Assembly: GCA_050613775.1 (NCBI GenBank)
Contig: JBODTK010000142.1
Coordinates: 310,001-374,000 of the forward strand
Reading direction: 5' to 3'
Length of the DNA: 64,000 bases
Source: Neocallimastix sp. 'constans'
Taxonomy: Eukaryota
Below are positions 51,393 through 64,000 of the stretch, piece after piece (position 1 is the first letter of the stretch; the number at the start of each line of letters is the position of its first letter). The position numbers were made by a program, and so were the translations under genes. The notes beneath the pieces were generated by a model, which saw only the letters and a program-made list of their open reading frames with translations, ran no database searches and was not told the origin of the DNA.

Positions 51393-52238
51393 TAATCATA
51401 AATAATAAATAATAAATAATAAATAATAAATAATAAATAATAAATAATAAATAATAAATAATAAATAATAAATAATAAATAATAAATAATAAATAATAAA
51501 TAATAAATAATAAATAATAAATAATAAATAATAAATAATAAATAATAAATAATAAATAATAAATAATAGAATAATAAATAATAAATAATAGAATAATAAA
51601 TAATAAATAATAAATAATAAATAATAAATAATAAATAATAGAATAATAAATAATAGAATAATAAATAATAAATAATAAATAATAAATAATAAATAATAAA
51701 TAATAAATAATAAATAATAAATAATAAATAATAAATAATAAATAATAAATAATAAATAATAAATAATAAATAATAAATAATAAATAATAAATAATAAATA
51801 ATAAATAATAAATAATAAATAATAAATAATAAATAATTAATCATAAATAATAAATAATAAATAATAAATAATAGAATAATAAATAATAGAATAATAAATA
51901 ATAAATAATAAATAATAAATAATAAATAATAAATAATAAATAATAAATAATAAATAATAAATAATAAATAATAAATAATAAATAATAAATAATAAATAAT
52001 AAATAATAAATAATAAATAATAAATAATAAATAATAAATAATAAATAATAAATAATAAATAATAAATAATAAATAATAAATAATAAATAATAAATCATAA
52101 ATAATAAATAATAAATAATAAATCATAAATAATAAATAATTAATCATAAATAATAAATAATAAATAATAAATAATAAATAATAAATAATAAATATAATAA
52201 ATAATAAATAATAAATAATAAATAATAAATAATAAATA
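51393..52238. repeat. 7-bp satellite (AATAAAT)n, array 2
   Basis: About 120 units with the same variant types as array 1. Confidence 0.93.
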
Positions 52239-52570
52239 TATGTAAAAAAAAAAAATTAAGGAAATGGTTTATATTTAATTTATTTTATATTATCTTATTT
52301 ATAAAAGCATGCTTTATATTTTATTTTTATTGTATTTTATTGTATTTTTTAATAGTGATAGTTATTTTTAATTTAATTAACAAGCAATCAATTAATTTTT
52401 AATTAGAATCATAAGAAATCAATTAATTGCATAGGATATTCTTAGCATTTACTTTTAAGAACTTCTTAAGATTATTGATCAAGAACATTGATTCAATAAT
52501 TTTTTCTTATATAGGAAAAAAATGGCTTTAAGCTTTAAAAATTTAATTTCTAAATCAATTCTTATATATC

Positions 52571-52606
<36 letters not shown>

Positions 52607-52738
52607 ATACATACATACATACATAAAATTAATTAAAAAAATTAGATATTTATAAATCATTAGTAAGTAAAATAAATAAATAAATAATTTAACTAATAAT
52701 TCTGGTAAATTTTTAAATTAATCTATATAATCAGTGCT

Positions 52739-52773
<35 letters not shown>

Positions 52774-55513
52774 TTATTATTATTTTTTTTTTTGGTAAAT
52801 TCTTTTTTTAGTTATATTTATTCAATTAATTTTACTGAAATGAAAAAGTACTAAGAATTTATTGGCAAAATTTTTTAATAAGATTTAAATAAAATTTGTG
52901 GCCTATATTTAATTCTATAATCATATTAATAACATATTAATAATAGTGATAATGACAACAATAATATTAGCAATAATAAATCATAATTTTTATTTATTTT
53001 TGCTTTTATTAATTATATACCAAATAAATCTTAGAACAGTATTTATAAATTTACAGAATGAACGGTAGAAAAACCTAAGAATTACAATTTTATCAATCAG
53101 ATAAATACTTTTATTATTTGATGAACTTTAATATTTTTTTTTATTTGTTGAAGTCTACTTTTTATCAACAATATTAAAATACATCAAATAATTCAAGGTA
53201 TTAGAAAATATTCAATATTATCTATCAATCAAATTTACAATATATATATATATATATATAAATTAACTATATTTTAATTCATCGTTGGTTTCCCAACTTC
53301 ATTTGATTAAAAATATGGTGTATTTTTTATTTTTATTTTTTTGATCATGCTGATGATAATAACCATTAAACCATCATATCTGTATCAATTTAAAAAAAGG
53401 TCATTAATTACTAAAATTATATTATATATATATATTTTTACTCTATCATTACTATATGAAATATTTGAAATTAGTCAAATTTATTATTTTATTTTATTTA
53501 ATTTGACTAAAGTATAAAAATAATATTGATTGTTGGTATTATATAGTTTCATTAATTATAATTTGTTTTATAATATTAATTAAGTGAGAGTATTAATTAT
53601 TTTTTTTATTATATAATTTCTTTTTTTCTTTTTTGTTTTTAACAATTATTGATATTAAATAATTATATTTTTTTTATATAAATTTAATAACCTTTAATTT
53701 TTTTTATTTATTTATTATTATTTATTATTGTTGTTTTTTTATTATATTTTATTTCATTATAAAAAATTAAAATTTGATAATAAAATTATTTATTTAATAT
53801 TTAATATTTAATTTTTTTTTAACTATTATTAATTATTATTAATTTTATTTTATTTTATTTTATTTTATTTTTATTTTTTTATTAAAAATTTTATTATTAA
53901 ATTTCTTATATATATGTAATATATATAAAAAACTTTTTATTTTTTTTTTATTATAGTTCCATTATATTAAAAATAAAATAAAATAATATTTTAATATATT
54001 TATAATATTAATAATAATGAATAATAGTTTAAATAAAAGTAATCTAATATTATATAATAATAATATAATAAACTATTTCTAATATAATAATAATAGTATT
54101 TATTAATTATTTAGACTTTTTTATAATAAAGTACTTTTATATAATTATTAAACTTTTCTATATTGTATTTTTTTTTATTTTTTTATAAATGTTTAAATAT
54201 TCAATTATATGATAAGAGAAGTCTATTAAAATTTATTAATATATACTTCATTTAATATATTTTAATATATATTTTAATATAGCTACTTAACATTTTTCAT
54301 AGTATTGTTAACAAATAGAAATATATAAATAACATTATATTGATAATATACAAATAATATTTTATATTAATAATATTAATATTGTATTTAAAATTTTTCG
54401 TATATTAATATATTGTATATATATTTAAGTTAATATTTAGATATAAATTTAATAAAACAAAGTATCAATAAATTAATATATTCTAATATATTATTTTTTT
54501 GACTTTATCTTTTTTTTTTTATATTATATATATATTTTTATTTTTTACTTTATTAAATAGCTTATTTCCAAAGAAAAAAGAATAAAGAATACTTTAAATA
54601 GATAAATAGTAAATGATACAATATATTAGAATATATATATATATATAATATTAAAATATATTGAAATTTTTTAATGTTTTTAATTTCTAATTAATTATTT
54701 ATTCATTATATATTACCTTAAATAAATTACAATAAAAATAAACTATATTAATTATAATATATTAAATTTATATTATTATTTATTAATCATTTTCTTTATC
54801 ATTCTTTTGAAATGTTGGCACATTTAAATTAATATGATCATCATACAACTTTCCCTTATTATATGTATTATAATTAATATTTTTTTTTTAAAAAAAAAAA
54901 AAATATAAATACTTGGATATTTTCCTTTCAATTTTAAATTTCATCAAAATCATAAGTAAATAATTATTTAATTATTTATTTATTTAGTAGTTTGATTAGG
55001 TATATTAAAATATTAAAGAGTTAATTTTTTTTTTTTTAAAAGAATATTAAAAAAAGTAATATAGAAGAAAAATATTTAAATAATAAATAATATAAAAATT
55101 AAAATATTTTTTTTTGAAAAACAAGTAAATTAATATTTAAAAAAAAAAAAAGAAAAAAGAATATATATGTTTCATTAATAAATCAAAATTAATGATAAAA
55201 TTATTAATTATTAATTCAACTCATATGAAAAATATCTTTATAATACAAAACACTAAAGAAAAAACTCCTCCTTAACTTTTTTCTTATATATTTTAAAAAG
55301 TTTTATTTAGAGGAATAAGTTTATTAGAATTACAATTAATTTAAGAAAAAAATATTATAAATAAATATATATTTTTTTTAAAAAAACAATATTTATTTAA
55401 AGTTAAAACTTTATAAAAATATATACACGGTTAAATAATAAAGGAAAAGTAATTTTTTTTCAGAAAAAATTTTTATAAAAGGATATTGAATATAGAAGAG
55501 AAATAATAACAAA

Positions 55514-56071
55514 ATGATGTCATCTAATAGTTTTAATTCTAGCTATCAATTTGCTGAATCTTTATGTTATACTACTTCCATACCTTTAAATGCTAGAACT
55601 CTATCAAATTCATATTCGTCACAAGGTCGTCCAATATCATATAGTACAGCTAAAAGTAACTATAGAAGATCATATGCCTGGACAAATCAAAGTGATCCAG
55701 ATATGAAAGAAAGAAAGAGACAATCATCATTCATAAGTAATAGTTATAGCAATTTAAGTTACATTGATTATGATAGTGATAGTGACAGTGATAGCGATGA
55801 TAGTCACTATGATTCTGATAGTGGATCTACTTTAAATAATGATACTATTCCATCTCCATCAATGTTATCAGAATCTACTATATATTCATCAACTGTTTGT
55901 AGTTCAGTGGATAATTCGTTGAAGTGTACTTTTTCACCAAAACAAAAAGTAGTGTCTTTTTCAGAAGAAGTCGATATAATAAAGCCTTCAATGATTGAAA
56001 ATGGAAATAAAAAGAATATTTTGAAGAAGGCATTTAAAATCATAAAAATGAAAAGAAAGGAAAGTAAATAA
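55514..56071 (+). CDS. Hypothetical Ser-rich protein (185 aa) with a candidate RVxF-type motif
   Basis: Complex-sequence ORF with higher GC than its flanks, AAAATG start context, DS-rich acidic tract, KVVSF motif and basic C-terminus. Confidence 0.75.
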   Translation: MMSSNSFNSSYQFAESLCYTTSIPLNARTLSNSYSSQGRPISYSTAKSNYRRSYAWTNQSDPDMKERKRQSSFISNSYSNLSYIDYDSDSDSDSDDSHYDSDSGSTLNNDTIPSPSMLSESTIYSSTVCSSVDNSLKCTFSPKQKVVSFSEEVDIIKPSMIENGNKKNILKKAFKIIKMKRKESK

Positions 56072-56976
56072 GTGACAGAAAGATATAAAATAAAATTCTG
56101 ATAAGCTTTAGTGTGTATTTATATATAAAGTAATTATTTATAAGTATAAAGAAGTTTAAAAACATTATCTTTAAGGAGTTAACTGTAACACTTATAAAAA
56201 AATAACTATAGAATTCAATATAAATATTAATATACCTATTTACCTGTTTCAATATATTAATACATTATAATAATATACCTATTTAATTTAAGTTAAACAA
56301 ACCCAATAAATTTTATTCTATTTAGAAGTATGAATATTTAATATTATTTATTTTCATTATTAAAATTTGTATTAGTTTTTATTTTAATTTTAATTTTTAT
56401 TTTTTTTTTTTAAATAAGGAAAAAATAAAATAAAATGAAAATAAAAATTTATATGAAGAAAGAATTATTTAAATAATTAATAAGTATGAATATGTAAATA
56501 AATAATATAAGCAAAAACTATATAATTAATAAATAACAATTTAATTATTTAAGAAAAGTTACCCTTTTTAATATAAATAATTTATTTATTTTTAAAATTT
56601 ATTTATAAAGTTTTTGTTTATAATTTACGTTTTTGATATGTAAAGAAAAAATAATAAGAAACTTGAAAGGACAAGTAAATAAGAAAGAGAATAAAATATT
56701 GAAATTCTTTTTGTTATTTATTTGTAACTTTCTTTTCTTCTTTTTTTTTTATACTTCAACTTAGAAATATTTTAATAATTTATTTTTAATAATTTTTTTT
56801 TGCAATTAAAATAAATAATTAATTATATAATAAAATATGATCCAATAAATGCAATAAATTTATTTATAAAAGAAATGAATATTGAAAAATATAATTTATT
56901 TTTTCACTTTTTTTTTTTTTTTTAAATTTAAATTTTTATTTATTAACCCTATATAAAATAAGAGAAAAAGAAAAAG

Positions 56977-57018
<42 letters not shown>

Positions 57019-57155
57019 TTTAATTTTAATAATCAAAATCAAAAACAAAAACCGCATTATAAGCAAAAACAAAAACAAAAAGCAAAAACAAAAAATAAAA
57101 AACAAAAACAAAGAACAAAAAAACGAAAAACAAAACAAAACAAAACGAAAGTTAA

Positions 57156-57191
<36 letters not shown>

Positions 57192-57938
57192 AATATTAAA
57201 ATAATATTCATATTAATTATTATAACCTCTAAATAAAATTTAAATTATTTATTTATTTTATATATATAACGCATTAAATAATTTTTTTAATGTATTTAAA
57301 ATTATTCATAAAATTATTTATTACTAAATAATAATAATATTAATATTTATAATATAAATAATTATAATAATAATAATGTTAATAATAATAGTAAAATAAT
57401 AATAATGTAATTATAATTATAATAATAAATTAAAATGCACATAATATTTATATACAAAAAAAAAAAAAAAAAAAAAATTGTTATAATTGTTTGTGTGTGT
57501 AATTAGCAATCATACTTTTTATACAATATATATTATAGTGATTTTAAATTTGTTATATTAGTGTAATTTATATATATATATATATCATAGATATTTAATA
57601 TTTGTAGATTGAAGGGGGAGACCCATAATTAACATGATTTTATATAAATATTATGTAAAATCAATAAAATTAATACTTTTTTTTTTTTTTTTTTTTTTTT
57701 TAATTTTAAACATAGTAAATAATATTAATAATAATAATAACAATATAGAAATAATATTGTTAATAATAGTGATAATGAAAAATAGGAATATTAATATTAG
57801 GAAATAGTGAAAATAATAATATTGTTACTTTTAATGTAGTGAAAACAGTTTAATTGGTGGAAAATCGTGTTAATTTTTAAAAGTAATTTTTTCTGAATAA
57901 TGAGTGTGTATAAATATATATGTGACGTGGTACCGAAT

Positions 57939-58424
57939 TTATATATCACTTTCTTCTTGGTGGAAGAGATACAGAAATTATTGATATAAATTTTTAAAAT
58001 TATAAAAAGGAATGGGATTAATTTTTTGGTTTAAGAACCAAAACCAAATATTATTTTCTGGTGATTATTCCTAAAAAAAAAAAAAAAAAAAGAAACAAAT
58101 TATTTTCTGATGATTATTCCTAAAAAAAAAAAAAAAAAAAATAAAAAAAAAAAAAAAAGAACCAAATTATTTTATGGTGATTATTCCTAAAAAAAAATAA
58201 AAAAAAAAAAAAAGAACCAAATTATTTTATGGTGATTATTCCTAAAGAAACGCTATTCTTGGTGCGATCATCAAAAAAAAAAATTGAATTGCTTAACAAA
58301 TAGGTTCTGTTGTTCGGAACGGTGCTGTTAGTAAATGTGTACTGATGAGAATTAACAGAAACTACTAACTGCACTATTCCTTTGCCATATTGGTATGACG
58401 TCGGCACACTTAATAAATGAAAGT

Positions 58425-58459
<35 letters not shown>

Positions 58460-58681
58460 ATAAACCTCTCAAAAAAAGTTAATTAAGAGAGCTACTAATG
58501 ATTTAGTATTGTATTATATTATCAAGATATTCCGTAAGCCCCAACAATATATAGAGGAACAGTAGATCCTCTGTCCCCTGTAAACTTTTTAAAGGTTATT
58601 TACTTAAAATGTCCCCATTCCCCATTATTGAATTGTAGCTTATCTAAAGCTGAATTTCCACCAAGAAGGAATATATATAAA
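57939..58681. mobile_element. Possible decayed TIR element (MITE or DNA-transposon relic)
   Basis: CTTCTTGGTGGAA (57953-57965) is inverted at 58656-58668, with weaker similarity extending inward (GGAATGGG / CCCATTCC). No clear TSD. Confidence 0.45.
58035..58245. repeat. Four tandem copies of GAACCAAATTATTTT(A/C)TGGTGATTATTCCT separated by poly-A
   Basis: Units start near 58035, 58092, 58159 and 58214. Confidence 0.85.
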
Positions 58682-58802
58682 TATACCTGTTTATGAAATT
58701 TTCATATTCTAAAATATTAGAATAAAAAGGAAGTAAGGAAAGATTCCTAACTTATATTGGCAAATAAAATGAAAAGGTCATTGATAAAATCTAAAGATTA
58801 AT

Positions 58803-58843
<41 letters not shown>

Positions 58844-60433
58844 CATAAAGGTAATTATTGCGAACTTTAATCTTTTATTTATTTATTCATTTATTAATTG
58901 CGTTAATATTTTTTATATTACCAAAAATAAAATAAAGTGTATAAATAAATTCAGAAAAAAAAATAATATTCAAAAAAAAAAAAAAAAAAATAAAATGTAT
59001 AAATAAAACAGAAAAAAAAAAAAAAAAGAAAAGTTCCTATGCAACAAACCCTCACTTCCTTATGGATTAGGGTTTGAATTGATGATCTGAAAAGAAATTA
59101 TAGTCTTTCTCCTTCAGAGGCGTTGGTCTTCCCCCTCTCCCCTCTACTAGCCTGGTCTTATTTGTATTTTCAGCGTTGACGTTCCTTGGTTAGTTTTGCT
59201 TTTATATACTTTTCGGAATAGCGACCCTTGTCGAGTACTTTTGCAGGAGGCATAATTTCTCTAAAGAGAGCCACAGATCTTTCTTGTGATTTAAGGGGGA
59301 GGTGAGAGAGTTTAGTGGATACCACACTATCTATTTGTAAAGATATTACTTTTTTTTTTTTTTATTTTAGATTTAACTGGTGATTATATTAACTACACAT
59401 ATAGTATACATCACACCGAATTTTTTTTTTTTTTAATTTTTGAATTTGTTTTCATTCTTTATTACATTAATGATTAATTAAAATTTTTTTTATTATTTTT
59501 TATTATTATTATTTTTTATTTTACTTAATCTTTTACATACATTTTATTTTTTATCTTTAAATTATATAATAATGTATTTTTTTTTTTTTTAATAAATGTT
59601 AATACATAAAAATATTTTAATTTATTTAATAAAGCACTGAAGGTATACTCTCTTCCTAGTTTAAAAAAAAAAAAAAGTAAACTCCAAGAGCCTTACTAAT
59701 TACTAGCCAGCTAAGCTAACTACAGAAGGAACATTCCACTGAAAAAAAATAGCCCTTCACAAACCAAAAGAGAGAGTCAACGTTATAGTAAAAGGCGTAC
59801 CTCTATTACTTCATTACCATTACTAGTCATTTTTTTTTTTTTTGATATAGATCTTTATACATCAATAATAATAATTGTTCTTCTCATAACAACGACAACA
59901 AATCTATGGAAATTGAATCTTCTGATACAATTTTCTCTCTTGGTTTGAGGATGAATTTATCGGAATACTAACATAATTTTTTTTTTTTTTTTATTTTTTT
60001 CCATTTAGCAATCAATTTATTGGACTTCAAAAAACAATAATTTATTATTATTTAAATAATATTGATATAAAAGAGTAACATGAGAAGATGAAGAAGATGA
60101 AGAAGAATAAGAAGAAAAAAGATACTTTTATAAATAATAATAAAACTGTTAACTTCAGAAAAAAAAAACTTTTATAAATAATACTAGAGTTTTCAATTTC
60201 AGAAAAACAAAAAAAAAAAAAAATTTTTTTATCAAAGATATTAAAATATTATTTTAATAATTTATATTTTAGATACAAATAACTATAAGGTAATAAAGAA
60301 ATATTTTCTTTTAATACCATATAATATTAAATGGATAATTAATAATTATTTTAAAAGAAAATAATGATATAATAATAAAAAAAAATTATTCTATAATTAT
60401 ATATTATTCTATACTCCAAAAAAAAAAAAAAAA

Positions 60434-60480
<47 letters not shown>

Positions 60481-60581
60481 AATACAATTGGTTAAAAAAT
60501 TTTTTTTGCTTAATTTTCAATAAGTTCACAAATTTTTTTTAAATTTTTTTTTTTAAGTATACATATATCAACAAAGAAAGG

Positions 60582-60617
<36 letters not shown>

Positions 60618-61135
60618 ATTATTATTATTATTATTATTATTATCAATAATTAATTTGGAAGACGAATTATATATATATTTTTATTTTCAATAATAAAAAT
60701 TTATAGAAAATTTTATTTATGATATATTTAATTTATAGATTAATAAATGTATTATCCATTTATTTAGAATAAATTAATATGTATTACTAATAAGTTGAAA
60801 CTGCATACGAATTAAATATGTTAATATGCTTAGGCTAAATACTTATTTTATTGAGTGGTTTATTTAATTATTTATTTTTTTCTATTATTAATTATATACA
60901 TATTTGTTAATATTTACAATATTTGTATGATTATTATATTCAGTGTGTTTAAATTTCTTAGTCAATAAAGAATATTATTATTAGTTTTTTTTTATTATAT
61001 ATTATATATTATTAATTAATTTTATAATATATATAAATAATAATGAATAAAACATAAATATTTTATGTTTTAGTTATTATATATATAATACCTAAAATGT
61101 AAAAATATCTATATCTATATCTATATCTATATATC

Positions 61136-61175
<40 letters not shown>

Positions 61176-61284
61176 TTTTTTTTGAATTAAATTAATCCTA
61201 AATTAATAAAAAGATGAAAATTAGAATAATAAATTAAAATTTATTTTATGTATTCTAATAAAAAAAATTAATACTATTATTGCT

Positions 61285-61321
<37 letters not shown>

Positions 61322-62310
61322 AAATCATAGTATTATAATGAATCACATGTTTTACTATTAATAAATAAGAATTTTTTTTATAGAGTTTATTTATAAATAG
61401 TATGCTTATACTTTTTTTTTTATTGATAATGCTATTACTTTAAAATTAATATGTCTTGTTTATTAAAATAAATATATTAACAATAAGTTTTCAGTGCTAA
61501 AATATTGACATTATATAATAATTAATTAAAATGAAATACAAAGACATAGGTTTCTTACCATATTCTAAAATAATAAAATAATAATAAATAATTAAAAAAA
61601 TATTATTCTTGTTTTCTTAGATTTTTTTCATTTATTTCAAAAAAAAAAAAAAAAAAAGTGGTTATTTTTAAAGTTTTAATATCTATTTTATATTAATTTT
61701 TTTTTTTTTTTTTACCAAATAAGATTAAAGATTTATAAATGTTTCTATCCTCTTTAATTATTAAATATTTTTATTGTTATCCTTCATTTAATATATAATA
61801 AAGTTGATTTATAAAAATATATATATATATATATTTTTAATTAAATATTCATGGTATTTTAAATAATAAAACTATTTTTTTTTACAATTTTATTTATTTT
61901 TTTATTTTATTTTTATTTTATTTTTAAATATAAGTAGTATTAAATCAACATATTTCAAATGAGCATTGTAAAAAAAAAAAAAAAAGGATTAAATATTATA
62001 AAAATTAAAATAATAAAATAATTATTAAGAGTTAACAAAAAAGTTATTTATTAGATAGAAGTTATTATTATTAATTTAAATAATATACTATTATTGAACT
62101 ATAATATCACATTATTATATACATGATATTATTTCATTTTATTAAAAAGGTTTAATAGATTATGATTATTTATTTTATTTTATTCTATTCTATCTGTACT
62201 TATATTTATATTTCTACTATTTATTTTATTTTATTTTATTTTTTTTTATTTATTGTCTTTCATATTTATTTATTTAATTCCTCTCTATTTATTAATTTGA
62301 TAATTCGATA

Positions 62311-62348
<38 letters not shown>

Positions 62349-62493
62349 ATAGTGTATATAATTATTAATTCCATGTATTTTATACATATTAATTTATTAG
62401 GAAAAAAATTAAAACAGTAATAATAAATTATAATAAAAAAAAATAACGAAAGCAATAACGAAAACAAAAAACAACCATAACAAAATCCATAAT

Positions 62494-62530
<37 letters not shown>

Positions 62531-62558
62531 CAATATATAATCATTATTATTTCTATTT

Positions 62559-62621
<63 letters not shown>

Positions 62622-62670
62622 ATTTTTTATTTTTATTTAGGTATACAAATAACAAATAATTTAATTTAGT

Positions 62671-63051
62671 TTATTCGTGTAATTCAATGGGTAGGCCATC
62701 GGGATCTTGAAAAAATGTCATTTTTTTTCCTGTAAAGGTATCAGTTCTAATGGGTTCACATTCTATTCCTTTTGTCTTTAATTCTTCAATAGTTTTTTCA
62801 ATATGACTGATATGGAAGGCTAAATGTCGAAGACCACATGCTTCTGGACGTGTTGGTCTGGCTGGTGGATTCTCTTCTCCAAATATTTCAAGTTCAATAT
62901 CTCCACATTTTAAATCAAGTTTCCAATCATTACGTTCTGGTCGATAGTTTTCTCTAATAATAGGAAATTCTAGTTTATTTACATAAAAGTCACGAGAAAC
63001 TTTATAGTTTGATACAATAATGGCAACATGATGAATTTTATCAAAAAGCAT
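62671..63051 (-). CDS. VOC/glyoxalase-family protein, bacterial YaeR/SMU1112c-like (126 aa)
   Basis: Motifs IHHVAII, FYVNKL, RENYRPER, WKLDL, ELEIF, PEACGLRHLAF, TFFQDPDGLPIELHE; metal-ligand His/Glu pattern intact; no introns. Confidence 0.93.
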   Translation of the reverse strand: MLFDKIHHVAIIVSNYKVSRDFYVNKLEFPIIRENYRPERNDWKLDLKCGDIELEIFGEENPPARPTRPEACGLRHLAFHISHIEKTIEELKTKGIECEPIRTDTFTGKKMTFFQDPDGLPIELHE

Positions 63052-63249
63052 TTTTTTTTTTTATTTTTATTGTTTTATTATTAGTTTTTTTATTTTAATT
63101 ATTGTTATTATTTTTTTTTTTTATTATTTTTTTTTTTTTATTTTTTTATTTTTTATATAATATATATATATTATAAAAATTAATTTATTTTTAAAAAAAT
63201 TTTTTTATATTCTTAATTTTACTAAAAGTTTTTATTTTATTTTTACTTT

Positions 63250-63288
<39 letters not shown>

Positions 63289-63315
63289 TATTTTTTAATA
63301 TATATTAAATGTATA

Positions 63316-63355
<40 letters not shown>

Positions 63356-64000
63356 TACAGTATGATAGATGCCATAAATTGATGTAATAATTAATAATTA
63401 ATAAATAAATTTATTAATTTTTATTTTATATTAAAATTTTACTTTATTAAGTAGATAAATAGAATATTTAAAAATTAAATAATACTATACAAAAATGTTT
63501 TATTAAATTTAATGTTTTTTTAATTACGAATATAATTATATTTATAACTAGTTCATATATATTTATTTTATTTATTTTATTTTTATGTTTATTATTATTA
63601 TTTTTAAATAAATAACATTAAAAAAATTTTTAATTCACAGTTCTTACTTTTTATAAATTTAAGATAATATCTACCTTGAATATTTTTTTTCCTTATAAAT
63701 TTAAATAACATATAGAAAAAGAAATTAAAATTTAAATATATATATATTATATATATAATTATTATTCATTAACCATATAAAAAAAAAAGTATTGAGATAT
63801 AAAAATTTTTTTTTGTTTTTAAAAAACTTTATAAACCAAATATATATATATATATATATATAATTTATTTAAAATATAAACTAGAAATTCATAAAAAAAT
63901 TTATCGTATCTTAAAAATTTTAATATAATAAAATTTATTTTTATTTTTTTAAAACATCAATAAATGATAAAGTATATATACTATTTATTAATATTTTTCT

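Noticed and set aside
51170..53400. Patches of higher-complexity sequence suggesting decayed exons
   Set aside because: No reading frame or family could be reconstructed by eye.
58035..58245. CRISPR-like look of ~30-bp repeats with spacers
   Set aside because: Spacers are poly-A runs, there are no cas genes and the context is eukaryotic.

Overview
Extremely AT-rich eukaryotic DNA with GT-AG introns, long homopolymers and a bacterial-type gene. Composition and content suggest an anaerobic gut fungus (Neocallimastigomycota); this is inference. Three host genes are supported: a 3-exon, ~2518-aa low-complexity protein (573-8465 +), a 185-aa Ser-rich orphan (55514-56071 +) and an intronless YaeR-like VOC/glyoxalase gene, probably of bacterial origin (62671-63051 -). 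The main content is five Ty1/copia LTR elements from four LTR families. E1 (10644-17021) is intact. E2 (17166-23617) is mutated and carries a nested 642-bp insert. E3 (23838-25766) is a non-autonomous mini-element with identical LTRs. E4 (26072-28449) is an old deletion derivative of E2. E5 (34073-40126) is near-intact. Highlights: three unrelated families sit in series inside one (TTA)n microsatellite; all families share a PBS complementary to the anticodon arm of tRNA-Lys(CUU), implying half-tRNA priming; E5 has a Ty1-like CCG-AGG-C candidate +1 frameshift and a non-canonical TG...AA LTR; and the nested insert has TATAAC...GTTATA ends and tRNA-like A/B boxes. All comparisons were made by eye; no alignment or database search was run.
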